The notes below the pieces were generated by a model. That model ran no database searches, was not told the origin of the DNA, and saw nothing but the letters and a program-made list of their open reading frames with translations. Position numbers and translations under genes: made by a program. A DNA stretch of 63,987 nucleotides, the filler included, from Dirinaria sp. TL-2023a (lineage: Eukaryota), in NCBI GenBank assembly GCA_051941275.1. It is 8 parts of 8 records of this genome, joined end to end, with 100 filler letters (N's around TTAATTAATTAA, not from the genome) between each part and the next. Parts side by side here need not be neighbours in the genome. Positions count along the whole stretch, not along the records: positions 8,128 to 16,149 come from JAVEBF010001243.1; positions 16,250 to 24,267 come from JAVEBF010001244.1; positions 24,368 to 32,370 come from JAVEBF010001245.1; 5 more parts are not named here. One strand, written 5' to 3'. Below, piece by piece: positions 13,590-26,476 of the stretch. How positions within the stretch are numbered: the stretch's first letter is position 1; each line of letters opens with the position of its first letter.

Positions 13590-15506
13590 ATGCAGGCCCC
13601 GGTGGTTGTGATGAGTACTTTACCATATTGGATGTCTGATGGGTTGAGGCTGAGCTATATGAACAGACACCCAGGCTGGTGACAGGCAGACAGGGCGTAA
13701 AGCCCAGCTTTCCAATATCACAGCTGCCAAGATGTATGAAGACCGCCTGTCGCGAGCTATAGATACAGGGGATTAATCTTGCGAAACAGAGTCGCAGACA
13801 TTATACGGTCATGCCTCGGGCCTAAAGCTATGCTGAAAATGCTACTCGATCCTATGGGAGGTATTGTCTTAACGAACGATGGGCACGCTATATTACGAGA
13901 AATCGAGGTCGCCCACCCTGCGGCCAAGAGTATGATCGACCTGAGCAGAACGCAAGATGAGGAGGTCGGGGACGGTACAACTACAGTAATAATACTCGGT
14001 ATGGTTTCAGGATCCATGGCAGGAAAAGGCTTCTGACGAGGTAAACATAGCTGGAGAAATCCTTGCGCAAGCGCTCCCCCAACTCGAACGCAACATCCAC
14101 CCGGTCGTCATAATCTCCGCCTTCAAGCGTGCCCTGGCGGACGTCCTAAACATTATCGAAGAAATATCCCTGCCCGTGAACGTCAACGATGATAAAGCCA
14201 TGTATAACCTTATCTCCTCTTCAATCGGCACGAAGTATGTCGCAAGATGGTCGGAACTGATGTGCAACCTCGCTCTGAGAGCAGTTCGAATAGTCTCGCA
14301 GGAAGTAGGCGGTGGGAAAAAGGAAATCGACATCAAGCGCTACGCCAAGGTTGAGAAGATACCCGGTGGGGAGATCGAGGACAGTAGGGTACTGGACGGC
14401 GTCATGCTGAACAAGGACATCACGCATCCGAAAATGCGAAGGCGGATAGAAAACCCGCGAGTCATCCTACTGGACTGCCCTCTAGAATACAAAAAGGGGG
14501 AATCGCAAACAAACATCGAAATCAGCAAAGAAGAGGACTGGAACCGGATCCTGCAGATCGAAGAAGAGCAAGTCAAAGCCATGACAGACGCAATCATAGC
14601 CCTGAAACCCGACCTCGTCATAACCGAAAAGGGCGTCTCAGACCTCGCCCAGCACTTCCTCGTCAAGCACAACATCACCGCCCTGCGCCGCGTGCGCAAA
14701 ACGGACAACAACCGCATCGCGCGGGCCACAGGGGCCACGATCGTGAACCGGGTCGACGACCTGCACGAGTCCGACGTCGGTACGCAGTGCGGGCTATTCG
14801 AGATCGAAAAGATCGGCGACGAATACTTCACGTTCATCACGCGATGCCGGGGGCCCAAAGCGTGCACCATCCTGCTGCGCGGGCCGTCCAAAGACGTGCT
14901 GAACGAGATCGAGCGCAACCTGCAGGACGCCATGTCCGTGGCCCGCAACGTCGCGTTCCACCCGCGGCTCTCGCCGGGGGGCGGCGCGACGGAGATGGCG
15001 GTCTCGGTCCGGCTGGCGCAGATGGCCAGGGCGGTCGAGGGCGTGCAGCAGTGGCCATACAAAGCCGTCGCCGAGGCCATGGAGGTGATCCCGCGCACGT
15101 TGATCCAGAATGCGGGCAGCAGCCCCGTCCGCGTCCTGACGCGGCTGAGAGCGAAGCACGCCGAGGGCGCACACACGTGGGGGATCGATGGCGATAAAGG
15201 GGCCTTGGTGGATATGAGGGAGTATGGGGTGTGGGAACCCGAAGCGGTCAAGTCGCAGAGTATCAAGACCGCGATCGAGGTAAGTTCCCTTGACCATGAT
15301 CTTCTTTCCTTTCTCTCCCCCTCCCCCCCCCTCTTTCTCTTTCGTTCTTCAGAGAGGCCAGCTAGCTAACACGTGCTCCTTTCCCACCTACCAACATACA
15401 GGCCGCATGCCTACTCCTGCGCGTCGACGATATCTGTCCCGCGAAATCGGCAAAGCAATCAGCAGGAGGAGGAGGTGGTGGTGGTGGCGGAGGCGGAGAA
15501 GAATAA
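13590..15506 (+). CDS. CCT3: T-complex protein 1 subunit gamma (CCT chaperonin)
   Basis: MQAPVVVM start, RSCLGPKAMLKMLLDPMGG, GDGTTTVIIL, CPLEYKKGESQTNIEI, final exon AACLLLRVDDI...GGGGEE*; four introns. Confidence 0.97.
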
Positions 15507-15895
15507 ATTTTGTTTCCCTTCTCTCTCTTGATCAAAGAACTACGATAATTGGCATGCATGCATGACCGATTTGATTTTTGTTACATCCAAAAGTCGGAAA
15601 AAGTAGTCCAGCGATTACGCATTCATAGATCGATTGTAGAGAATAAAATAATAATAATAATCATGATCCGGTCCTTGATAATGAATAATATGCCAAAAAG
15701 GGGGGGTATCATTCTATCAGTAATATAAAACAGCTATAAAACACCCCCCGGGGGAGCGCGCGGATTCCCCAATATCGAATATATTCTCCCAGATCAATCA
15801 ATCTCAAGCGCACGAAGAAGAAAAATGGTTGTATTCCTCTCTCCCCCCCTGCCCCCCCCCCAAAAAAAAAACTCAGGTATCAAAAAAAAAAAACC

Positions 15896-16149
15896 TCAAA
15901 GAACACTCCCCTCAAAACTCCGCTCCGCGATCTCCCGCCTGCGCAGCTCCTGCACCGCCTCGCTATCATCATCCACATCGCTCTGATCGCCCAGGGTATC
16001 CGCTCTCGCGCGGTGCGTACCCGGCTTCTCCGCCTCGTCACCACCCATCTCGAATGAAAAAACCGGAGTTGAAGAAGATAGTTCGCCGTTTAAGGCCATT
16101 GCCATGCTGTTTTTGTTGTTCTTCTTGATGGGTGTGTTTGGTATGTGCT
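15896..16149 (-). CDS. Possible 3' end of an unidentified protein, truncated at the contig edge
   Basis: Acidic reading frame near the gap (...DQSDVDDDSEAVQELRRREIAERSFEGSVL*). Confidence 0.35.
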
Positions 16150-16249
16150 NNNNNNNNNNNNNNNNNNNNNNNNNNNNNNNNNNNNNNNNNNNNTTAATTA
16201 ATTAANNNNNNNNNNNNNNNNNNNNNNNNNNNNNNNNNNNNNNNNNNNN
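16150..16249. other. Artificial contig spacer
   Basis: N44-TTAATTAATTAA-N44. Confidence 0.97.
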
Positions 16250-16889
16250 TATTCTCTTTCTTCTTTTCTTCACTTCCCAATCCCATCTAATCATCCATCT
16301 TCTCTCTTCGTCTCTTTCTTTTCTTTGTTTATTTATTTTTTGGTTTGGAAACGGGTTTAGTTTTTCGTGGATCTTTACCCTTCAGATTTAAAGATTTTTT
16401 TTTTTTTTTGACGGATAAGAATTATTCAGTTGGTGTTGGTGTTTTGTGAGGATGGGGGGAAGAGGGAGGAGCAGATTCTTATACTGAGAGAGAAAAAGAG
16501 AGAGATAGAGAGAAGATGGATGATTAGATGGGATTGGGAAGTGAAGAAAAGAAGAAAGAGAATAAAGTAGTGGAGCGGTGACGGGATCAATGAGTGATAT
16601 ATTGGGGATGAGAGGGGTGTGGCGATTTTTTTTCTCCGTGTTTGGGGTTGGGGTTTTTTTTAGGTTATTCGATAGAATAGAAAGCAAATGCTGGCTTCTC
16701 TAGTGACCCTGCAGTTGCGCCGATGCTCATGCATCCCCATTCGTATTACCTACTTTATGTTCGACTGTACCAGACATCCCATAGGGTCTAGTCTAGTCTC
16801 ACTTTAGAGCCCGCAAGGCTTGGAGAACCAAGGATCCAGTACCCGAAAACCGTCCCAGATTCGCCTATATGGACACGCCTGTGTAACGT

Positions 16890-17831
16890 TCATCGATCCG
16901 CGCTCTTAAAGACACCGTGCTCGCTGAAAATGTGGTCTTTCTCCTCATTATTCGTGTCCACCATGATACGGTGCAGCTTCTCCTGCTGGACCTCCACCTC
17001 GCGCTCCGCCCTCATCTTGACCGCCTTGATGTCTTCCAGCCCATGCTTCATCGCCGGCGCGGCTTGCGTGACCATCGCCTGCGCGTCTTTGAGTTTGTCT
17101 CCCAGGCTCTTCCCGCCCATGCCTTCGGGGGTAGGCACTTGATTCCCGGCCTCGGTCTTCTTCATCAGCGTCGCAATCGCACCTTTCGGGGCCATGACGT
17201 TCCCCGGAGCGTTATCTGCCGCCGTCTGGCGCACCTCTTTGTACATTTGCACAATGGACTGGACGACCTCGTCCACGTCGAGGGTGCAATTGGCCTCCGT
17301 GAACTCACGTTCCCGCTCCTCGATATGCTCTCGCAATGTTCGGAGAAGGTGCAGAGACTGCTCGAGCCGCGCAGGCAGACCTTGGCCTTTGAGATAGGTG
17401 AGGATCCCGGCGACGATGGTATTCACAGCGCCGAGGATGGTGACTGCAGCCGCGGGGCCGCGGGCTGCGCCTAAAGCGGTGAGGGCAGCGCCAACGATGA
17501 TCTGTAAGAGGAAGAAGGAATTGACAATGTAGGTGGTCAGGACATATCCGGAGTGGGCTTTCGATTCTTCGTCCACGGTTCGTTTGTATATACCTGGGTT
17601 TGGCGCAGGTCGGCCGGGAAGGACGGTTCGGATGGACTGGATGCCTACGAGGTTTTGGAATTTGATGAGTTTCTCCGTTTGTTGGAAAGGAGGGGCTTGG
17701 TTGGACGGTAAGCCGTTGCGATTGGACTCGGCGCGGTGTTCGATGTCTTTCTCCTGGTAGGCGAGGTTGTGTGTATAGGTGGTGGGTTTCTTGGGGATCA
17801 ACCCAGTGATGCGCCGAAAGAGTGAAGCCAT
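16890..17831 (-). CDS. SLATT (SMODS/SLOG-associating 2TM effector) fungal-type domain protein
   Basis: Two hydrophobic helices with the characteristic pattern N...LQIIVGAALTALGA...AVTILGAVNTIVAGILTYLKGQGLP.RL, then a helical segment (LREHIEEREREF); intronless; first ATG 17831. Confidence 0.75.
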   Translation of the reverse strand: MASLFRRITGLIPKKPTTYTHNLAYQEKDIEHRAESNRNGLPSNQAPPFQQTEKLIKFQNLVGIQSIRTVLPGRPAPNPGIYKRTVDEESKAHSGYVLTTYIVNSFFLLQIIVGAALTALGAARGPAAAVTILGAVNTIVAGILTYLKGQGLPARLEQSLHLLRTLREHIEEREREFTEANCTLDVDEVVQSIVQMYKEVRQTAADNAPGNVMAPKGAIATLMKKTEAGNQVPTPEGMGGKSLGDKLKDAQAMVTQAAPAMKHGLEDIKAVKMRAEREVEVQQEKLHRIMVDTNNEEKDHIFSEHGVFKSADR

Positions 17832-19119
17832 TGACAATCTAATCTGTACACGCTTCACTTCTTGACAAGAAAATAGTAGATTAAGGTCTTGGAAAGGAAG
17901 TCGCTAGGAATTAGGGATATGATGATGCTGGAAAAGGAACGGTTTCTCGAGGGATAAGACGCCCATTGTTTCGCGTGTTGGACAGATGGACGTGCACCTG
18001 TCAGGTGGCTCGGAATACATGATCAGCGACATTATTTCGCAGTTGTGGCGAGCTGAAGATTGGGGGAAGGCGCGTGTTGGAAGGTCTCGTACAGGAAATG
18101 CGATGCAGATACGCAGTTCTAGATCCGGGCCGAGAAGCGAGAACGGAAACCCAATTCGGCACGCTATCACCAATGGAGTCTAGCGTCTTCAAGCCACCGT
18201 TGCCCACAGCGTCCATGGAACAGCTGAAAACCTCCCATAGTACTTAGTAGTGGTGTGAAGCTCTGCTAATAGCATTAGAGTAATGCAGAATCATCATCCT
18301 TGTCTAATATTACATTGATAAGAGGTGGAGAGGTTCTGAGACTCTTGCTCCTATTGGTGGATTCGTTCCTGGTCTGTTGGCCTGAGCATACCATCGCGTC
18401 AACGTTTTTCGATGTACCTTAGGCAGAAATTTAAAAAGCCTCTCCAAGGGAATCGAATGCCGGTCGATATGATAATTCGTCCATATCGAATAACCCTATG
18501 CCTTTCCGGAATAATTCCGTGCGTATTCCCGAGTCTAGAATGATAGAATCTTCCTACACACACAGTTCGAACACAAATACTGGAACGTCTCAAATTTGCT
18601 GACTTCGCCTATTTCACATACACGGTGTAGCGACTGATTCCGAACTCACTTCACTGCTTCGAACGCGTGCGATGTTGGTAGCAAGCAGCTCACCTGCTAA
18701 AAGCACTACATCTGATCGGAGTCCGAAAGTCGTTGAAAATTTTTTAATGCAAAAGCGTTCCTTTGCAGAAGGACCAAAACCTGAAGGTCGGTCGGTGGAA
18801 TTTGTATCAGGCAAAAAATTACTAGCAGATCAACAACTATGAAAGGGAGAGGCAAAAGGAAAGAAACTTATGAATTGAGGATGTCTTCGGGATGGACTCA
18901 AATGCATATCTCAAGATAAGTGGCTTTGGAGTCATGCATTTCTACTGTGCGCAAATCTTGAACAAAAGGAAGGGTCAAGAATCAGTCTACTTAAGCAACG
19001 TTTGCGTTCTGAGCGCACAAGTCTAACGGCATTCGACTTTCAATCGTGGTGTGCATGGCTGGATGATATATTTGCCTTCCTAAGTTATACCCTAATTTTG
19101 CAATAGGTAAATGCTTTCT

Positions 19120-20498
19120 CTATCGGCTAGCAAGCCTGACTTTCTTCGACCTCGCGCTTCTCTTCTTCAGCTTTATAGGATTGTCGTTGAACACGCTGCC
19201 CGGTCCAAAATCGGGTTTGCCACCCAGTGAGCCGAAGATGTCCCCGATATAGTTTGTCGCATTGATACCCTTTGCGAAAGTCGCATCCCACCCATTCAAG
19301 ATCCCCTCAACAACTTTGATGCCGGCGAGATAGATATTCGCTACCGCCGGCTCAAAGCCTCCCTGTGGGGCATAGAAAAGATTGTCCTCAGGCGACTCGC
19401 CAGGATAAGGGCGGTCAAAGTCAGATGCTGTCCGCATCACGATGATACGGCTAAAATCAGTCAGATTACTGATAGCGCCCCGCAGAAGAGCCTCCAGCGT
19501 CGCATTATCTTCCTGGGCCGTAGTGCAATAAACACCCGTGCCGTTAGTGAAAAGCTTGGTGGTATTACCGAACGCTTCACCGAGCAATGTGCCGCTGAAG
19601 TAGACATCTGAAGTTGCTACATCGCAACCCACTACACTTGGCGCCTGGCTGCCAGCTATGTAAGCCGAGTTCTTGGCGTAGTTGGCGCGATAAGCTACTG
19701 CCTCGCTAGAGTCGTTAAGTTGGGCGGTTTTCGCGAAGCCGATAGCAAGCTGGCGAAGAGGCTCATTGACTTCGAAAACTTCGGTACCATAAATGCTTTC
19801 GGGGTACTGACTCGGTGCCGTGGCGCCCAGCGGAATGTATCTGGCGGATGTGTTAATTGACAGATCGTGTCCGGGACAGTATCACTAACCCGGTGCTATA
19901 ATTGCTGGGGATCTCTCTTGCGTCGAATTCATATTGCAATGCGACTTGCACGGCGTAGCGCGCAAATGTAACGGAGCCTAGAGTGGCGACTTCGGGATTG
20001 ACGCCTGCGATCCCGGCGATCATGAAATAGGTACTTTTGAAGTCGAAAAGTGGCGAGAAGGTCAGAGCTGTAATGCTTGAAGCCGCATTGATTTCTGTGG
20101 ATTGCTTATTCAGCTGAAGATACCTGAGACGTTTGCTCGCGCTGCATCGTACCGCTTTCGCCGGTGATGATCTGGCAGACCTCGCCGTTGGCTGTACAAT
20201 GAACGTCTGGGAATAGCGGTGAAAGACCGGGCACAGTGATGTTCCTCGCAAGAAGATTGAACTCTGGAATGCCGTACCAGACTTCACCTTCTGGAGGAAA
20301 CTACTACTGCTCAGCCGCGATAGCAGCAACCACATCCACTTCACCTACCATGTCAATCAAGAAGACCTTGGGCTTGATGCAGCCATGTTCATGCTTCTTG
20401 CCCCTTGGCTCGAGGCTGGTGATTGGCTTGCCGAGGGCATTAGACACAAAAAGCACGAAGGTCAAGACCTGGCTAGCGACAAAAGTCGACAGATGCAT
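19120..20498 (-). CDS. Purine nucleoside permease (NUP family), secreted-type, multi-exon
   Basis: Signal peptide; KPKVFLIDM; EINAASSITAL; YFMIAGIAGVNP; QVALQYEFDAREIP; CDVATSDVYFSG; YCTTAQEDNATLEAL; RIIVMRTASDFDRP. Confidence 0.9.
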
Positions 20499-21924
20499 TT
20501 TTTTAGGATCCTCGGTTCAGAACGCTTTTAGGAGAGGAACACATAACGAGAAAGAACAGAACGCGAGGGAGCGTGTGTAGAAAAGTAAGGTACGGTACTT
20601 GGAGTACGCACCTGCGCCAGATGACGCAAAGTCCAGATTCACTGATCCTCCCGGACTGGCATCGACGGCAGTACCTGAGCATTGATAGAGCTACCCCGTC
20701 ATAGCTCCGGCCGCTCATTGGAAACGGCATTCATGATTCGTTGCCTTAGCGATCAACATCTCTTATCATGCCTGATCTGACTTGATCTGACAGCGTGCAT
20801 GCATCCTGCAACTGATCGAGGGTCCCCTAACTGGCCGCAGTTCGCCCGGGAGCCAAGCATGGTAAGTAAGGTACTTTAAGGTAAGGTAAGGCAGCTGCCA
20901 CAGGGCATCAACGATCAGAGTCCTTGCCGGGGTATTCCTGCCCCAATTGCTCGGAAGTAAGGTAAGGTAGGTAAGGTACCTTCCTGAGCAAGCATGGTGT
21001 CACCACATAGACTATGGAACTAGTCTCAGTAGCTTTTTTGGTTTTAGGATCTCCAAGGACCTCCATTCGATACCTACTTTATTAATATTACCTCTCTGAA
21101 ACCATACCAAGTGAAGTCGAATATAAGGTAAGGTTTCCGGAACTCTGTTCATGGCAGTGAGAGCGCGTGGAATGTAAGTGCAGGAAGCCTTGATTTCGAT
21201 AAATAATGCTTTGAAGCTCCGCAGCTCGCTTTATCTGCAGTTCTTGCCTTATTAAGAAGGTCTTGTCATCGAAAGAGCTCCCTTCTGGCGCCATCCCACG
21301 CTATGGTACGAGTGGCGCATCCCGGCTGGAAAGCTTTGACGACGTACGTACCCCGCACACAGCCTTCCCTGATGCCTCTAAAACGGCAACCTTGTCAGTA
21401 AGGACTACTGCTTCCTTCTCGAAGTTCTCGGAAGTATCCACAGCTTCATTATTTCTGCTAGCTTTCCACATTCAGAACCTCAGGTATGGAATTGAAGACC
21501 ATTTAAATGGCAGGATAATGACTGGGCGTCCTAGCGACTGATGTCTTGGCTCCGGCGGGCTGGTTCTGCACCGCGCGCGAATCATGATTCAGGCGGCATC
21601 ACGTGATTCACGCAGGGACTTTTTTTTTTTTTCTTGATTATTCTAGTGTGGAATTCAAGAACTAAATGATTTTGACTTTTCCCGTAATTAAGGTATTACT
21701 CATCCTCTACAAGCTTCATTGGACGTCTTGACCTACTCATATAAAAAGGCGTCACCGGTCGTCACCAGGTCGTCACCCGGTCGTCATAGGTCCCCTATGG
21801 CTTACCAATTCCGCACCCTGAAAAAGCTCGCAATATACACCCATAAAACGAGACATGATGGCGAGCATCAATACGAAGCACCACATTGTCGACGCTCTGC
21901 TAGGCCTCAGAAGGCTGCAACGCC

Positions 21925-23608
21925 ATGGTTGGAAACACCTTGACTGCAGTACACTCACGGACAAGCAACTACGAGTCCGAAAGCCATGCAAGGAGTAAAG
22001 GCGTGGAGGGAATAGCTGCGGAAGATGGAGAGCGAGCACGGATCGAGCGCCTTGGGCGTGAGAGGCCACAACAGTTCAAGTCAATCTGGGCTGAAATGGC
22101 CTTCGTCTACTCCATACTCGCTTCTCAAATTCTAGCCGTATGCAACATGCACCAATTTCACTTCATTACCGTCTTCCAGCTCCTGACACGCCAGATAGGA
22201 ATACTTTGTGAGTGGGTTCAACGTCATCCTGCCGACATTGGTCGACGATCTCAGCATCCCACCTGCCTCGCAAGTATGGCCCTCGAGTGCCTTCTCACTC
22301 GTGACAGCTTCCTTCCTTCTTCCGTTCGGTCGGCTGGCAGATATGTACGGCGGTTATCCGGTCTATATCGGAGGGCTGGTCTGGTTCTGTACCTGGTCTC
22401 TCATCGCAGGATTCTCCCAGAACGAGCTCATGCTGGATTTTTGCCGCGCCATGCAAGGTCTCGGGCCCGCTGCGTTTCTACCCTCCGGGGTAATGCTGAT
22501 GGGAAGCATCTATCGGCCTGGACCGCGCAAGAACCTCGTGTTCAGTCTGTATGGCGGTAGCGCTCCTCTAGGGTTCTTTATTGGCATCTTCTTTGCGGGA
22601 CTGATTGGCCAGTTTACTCGGTTCGGGTGGTATTTCTGGATTGGGACCATACTCGTGGCCAGCACGACGATTGCGGCAATTTTCGCCGTACCGTCTGACA
22701 TGGAACAGCACAAATCGATGGGAATCACAATGGACTGGCTTGGGTCAGGACTCATAGTATCCGGCCTCATCCTCGTTATATTTGCCATCACTGATAGCTC
22801 CCACGCGCCGCAAGGCTGGAGAACCCCTTATGTTTACGTGACTCTTGTCGTTGGCTCTGTGCTCCTCTCTGGTATGGTTTATGTTGAGGGCTGGGCGGTG
22901 TCAAATCCCTTGTTACCGCCTTCATTGTTCAAAGTCAAGTACCTCAAGCCGCTCATGCTGTCTTTGTTCCTTTCCTACGGCATACTCGGGGTTTACCTTT
23001 TGTACGGGACACTGTACTTCACAGATATCATGGGTGCGTCGCCTCTGCAAATAGTAGCATGGTATGTGCCGTGGGGGATCGGAGGCTGCGTACTCTCGAT
23101 CGCCGGTGGCTACGTGTTCCATCTCATTCCAGGCACGTTACTGATGCTCGTCGGCGGTCTGGGCTGGATACTGACATCTCTCCTCTTGGCCCTCGCCCCA
23201 AAGGGGGCGAGCTATTGGGCGTATGTTCTCCCTGCCATGATCGGAGCCACCTTGGGCATCGATATCACGTTCAACGTGGCCAACATCTTCATCACCACGA
23301 GCCTGCCGCAAAGCCAGCAAGGCCTGGCTGGTAGTCTGATCAACAGCTTGCTGTACCTTGGCATCGCTTTCGTCCTCGGCTTCGCGGACGTCACGCAGAC
23401 ACAAACGGCTTCTTCGGGCCTCAAGAAGAGTTATCAATACGTGTTCTGGTATCAGTTCGCGGTGCAGACTCTGGCCTTGCTCATCATGGTTGGGCTTGTC
23501 CGGGTGCGAAAAGCGGAGAGCGATTTGACCGCTGATGAGAGGGCGGCTCGTCGAGGAGAAGATCAAGGGGATGATGAGGTGAGGGAGGTAGAAATGGGAT
23601 CGCGATAG
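21925..23608 (+). CDS. MFS drug:H+ antiporter (DHA2/14-TMS, Atr1-like)
   Basis: Motif A-like GRLADMYG, CRAMQGLG, many TM helices; intron ~22138-22198. Confidence 0.9.
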
Positions 23609-24267
23609 ATTTTTATTTTTTTGTTTTCTAAATCAGTGAACATGACAAGCCCTCCTGCGTCACTCTTAGAAAAGGAAAAGCATACAATCTCATGTTCAAA
23701 AACAAAACCTCAACCTCGTAGTAATACCCAACGAGAAAAAAAAGATCCATCAAACCACTCCGAACCCAAATTCCAAGTGATGATTTTCTATTTTAAGAGA
23801 AAGTAAGAGAGCCGCTCGTCCTCGAGTCCTGATACGCTGTATTTTAAAAAAACAAAGAAAAAAAAAAGTAGATAAATATCTATATACATACATCCAGTCA
23901 ACCATGGATAGCATAAGGTAGGATTTATTGTGCAGGGTCTAGCTAAGGTACCTTAGCCCAGTCGATATTAAATGGTTAAGCCATTCCATATAAGGTATCT
24001 AGGAAAGGGAAAGCATGCAATAATAAACAGAATTTCATTTCATTTTCGTTCCATTTTATTCTATCGAAATGAAATCCAAGTCGCCCTTTTTTATTTTTTT
24101 TCTTCACTTTTTTTTTTTTTTTTTGGCTTTCACTACCGCCACACCACATCACTCTCCTCCCCCTCCCCGCTAAATCCTCATTGTCTCGCAATGAAGTACC
24201 TTCATTTTTCTGCTTTGAAAACGTAAACGCGATGTTTTCAAACAACATTCATCACGCACGTGATCAT

Positions 24268-24367
24268 NNNNNNNNNNNNNNNNNNNNNNNNNNNNNNNNN
24301 NNNNNNNNNNNTTAATTAATTAANNNNNNNNNNNNNNNNNNNNNNNNNNNNNNNNNNNNNNNNNNNN
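24268..24367. other. Artificial contig spacer
   Basis: N44-TTAATTAATTAA-N44. Confidence 0.97.
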
Positions 24368-24905
24368 GTAAGGGAGCTGTAGCTGAAGGCACTTCCGTCA
24401 TACTACATGTAAGAATACGGTACTCGTACGAGGGATCAAGTATTCCAGGGTTCGGTTAATCTAAAATTAGAGCATCCCTCGATCCAATCGACAAAGCGCG
24501 GAAATTGGCCGATAGAACTACTGTAGTCTGTACCCTAAAGTACCCTACCCTGACCTAAGGTACCTACTTCTATCCGAACCTTAATCCCTACCTTAAGGTA
24601 CTCGTACCCTCGCTCCCTCGTACCGTCTGATTATTACGCGCGATTAGGGCCCATTATGATATTGGTGCGTTTGATCGGTTGTTGACCCGGTTCTGCATAT
24701 GATCGACGATTAATTCTAATATTGCCCGTGGTGCAGGCTTTGATGCTTGCCAGGAAGCAGCTCCGAAATCCCCTCACCGTCCTGACCAAACCCAATCACT
24801 GCGAGGCAGCACATAGAGATGGCGAGAATCTACGAAGACTGATCCCTCTCACAGTCTCTCTCGGGCCACTGATGTCCTTCCCTCCAGCTTAGGTCGAATG
24901 TTGTG

Positions 24906-25397
24906 TCATACGGTCCATCTCTTCTGAGATCGCTTGATGCCATGGGGACCAGGAGGATGGCCATCACTGAAGCCTTTGTAATGTTTGGGCGTGAAAGGGC
25001 CTAAGGAGACGAGAAACTCAGAGAATAACCCCGTGGTAGCTTGACCGCCGATATTAGCCTCGCCGTTCGGGATCGTACATGCCCGAAGAATCGCGACAGC
25101 GGTTTTGGCAATGTCGGAGCGAGATATCTCCCCGTCGTCGTAGCCGTCGGTTAAGTCGACGCTGATTTCGCAGGTGCCGGAATGCCAGGTACAAGGGACT
25201 CCGAAGGCGCCTTTTGCCGAGGTATTAAAGGCTATAGGCTCAGAGAAATTGTTGACTGCTAACACTGTGTCGAGAACGGACAAGCAGTCATCCAAAGCCA
25301 CGGTCTTTTGTCCGGCCCTTGGATCGAGCTCGTAGCATGACATTGAGGCCTTAGTCGACAACGTAAGTAGTGGCAGGGCCACAATCCAAGCAATCAT
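24906..25397 (-). CDS. Small secreted cysteine-containing protein (effector-like)
   Basis: 163 aa with a hydrophobic N-terminus (MIAWIVALPLLTL) and five Cys; pattern C...DC...W..GTC.ISV...I...C...GG. Confidence 0.7.
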   Translation of the reverse strand: MIAWIVALPLLTLSTKASMSCYELDPRAGQKTVALDDCLSVLDTVLAVNNFSEPIAFNTSAKGAFGVPCTWHSGTCEISVDLTDGYDDGEISRSDIAKTAVAILRACTIPNGEANIGGQATTGLFSEFLVSLGPFTPKHYKGFSDGHPPGPHGIKRSQKRWTV

Positions 25398-26476
25398 CGT
25401 CTCTTGTAGCGTCTTCGACTACAAGAACAGGTGTTCAGCTTTCATGAGACATTCGTAAGATGATACGGAAAAAGGACTGAGGTGGTGGAAGAGTTTCTAC
25501 AATCAGCTTCCAAATGATTTTTGATCTCGCTCTTAAGGCTTGAAGGTTTATATACCATTAATCAACCAGATTAATTAATGTTCCAACCCCCCCACATCAC
25601 CCCCTTCAATTTGACTTACTGCATCTTAGGTTGCCGCCTACGGGTACGCGAGGCAGGATTCCATGACGCGAGCCAGTCGGTTTTACCGCACCACGTTTCA
25701 AACCTTAGATAGCTGTTGAGAAACAAAAAGAGTCAGACTCTGTGGCTATCTTAATTCTTATCGTTCATTTAACGCGACCACTTATTCTTAGAGCATACTC
25801 CATGTTCTACCCGCAATGAAACAAGGTCGAAACGACCTATAGGCAAGACCACAATGGCACAACAGCCATACCTCGTCATAAGCATAATGATCAGTTTAGA
25901 CAGAGCCAGCAGAACGACATAACGACGAGGTCGTGTTGAATGCTCAACAGATGAGCGAAACTAACGATGTAAAGGAAGTCTTTCCAACTTTTGGAAAGTT
26001 TTCACTTCCAGAGCAACATCCAGTCTTGTATACTCCACTTGCGATATTCAATTAGGTGTGTATGGTAATTGTATTGTCCATTCGAGCACTTTCTCCAAAA
26101 CACTTTGGGCAATGTTTAAGTTGAGGGAGTGCTGCACGTTCGGTGCGTTGAGATCAGGAAGACAATTCGCTATGATAAAACCCACTCGTCATCATACATG
26201 CCAGCATCGAAGGCTGGTGCCAGATTCGCGATTTTTTGTTGACATTCTACATTCCTGGCGTTCACCCCTTGCTTAGCTCACGTCCAAGATCCTACTACAC
26301 TATCCTCTTATCCCTCTAATCCCAGATTTGATGATACCGGAAGTCATGGTTATGGTAGGTATCGCGATCTTGAGGGACTTTTCACTATGATTGCGGGTTC
26401 GTATTGAGTTTAATGGTCGGATCGAAGAGCAAAGGCTGTCGATTTAGATCGCTAGTGCCGTCCAAGCAGCTTAGCC

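Noticed and set aside
14340..15297. Several long ORFs overlapping CCT3
   Set aside because: By-products of high GC in a conserved coding sequence.
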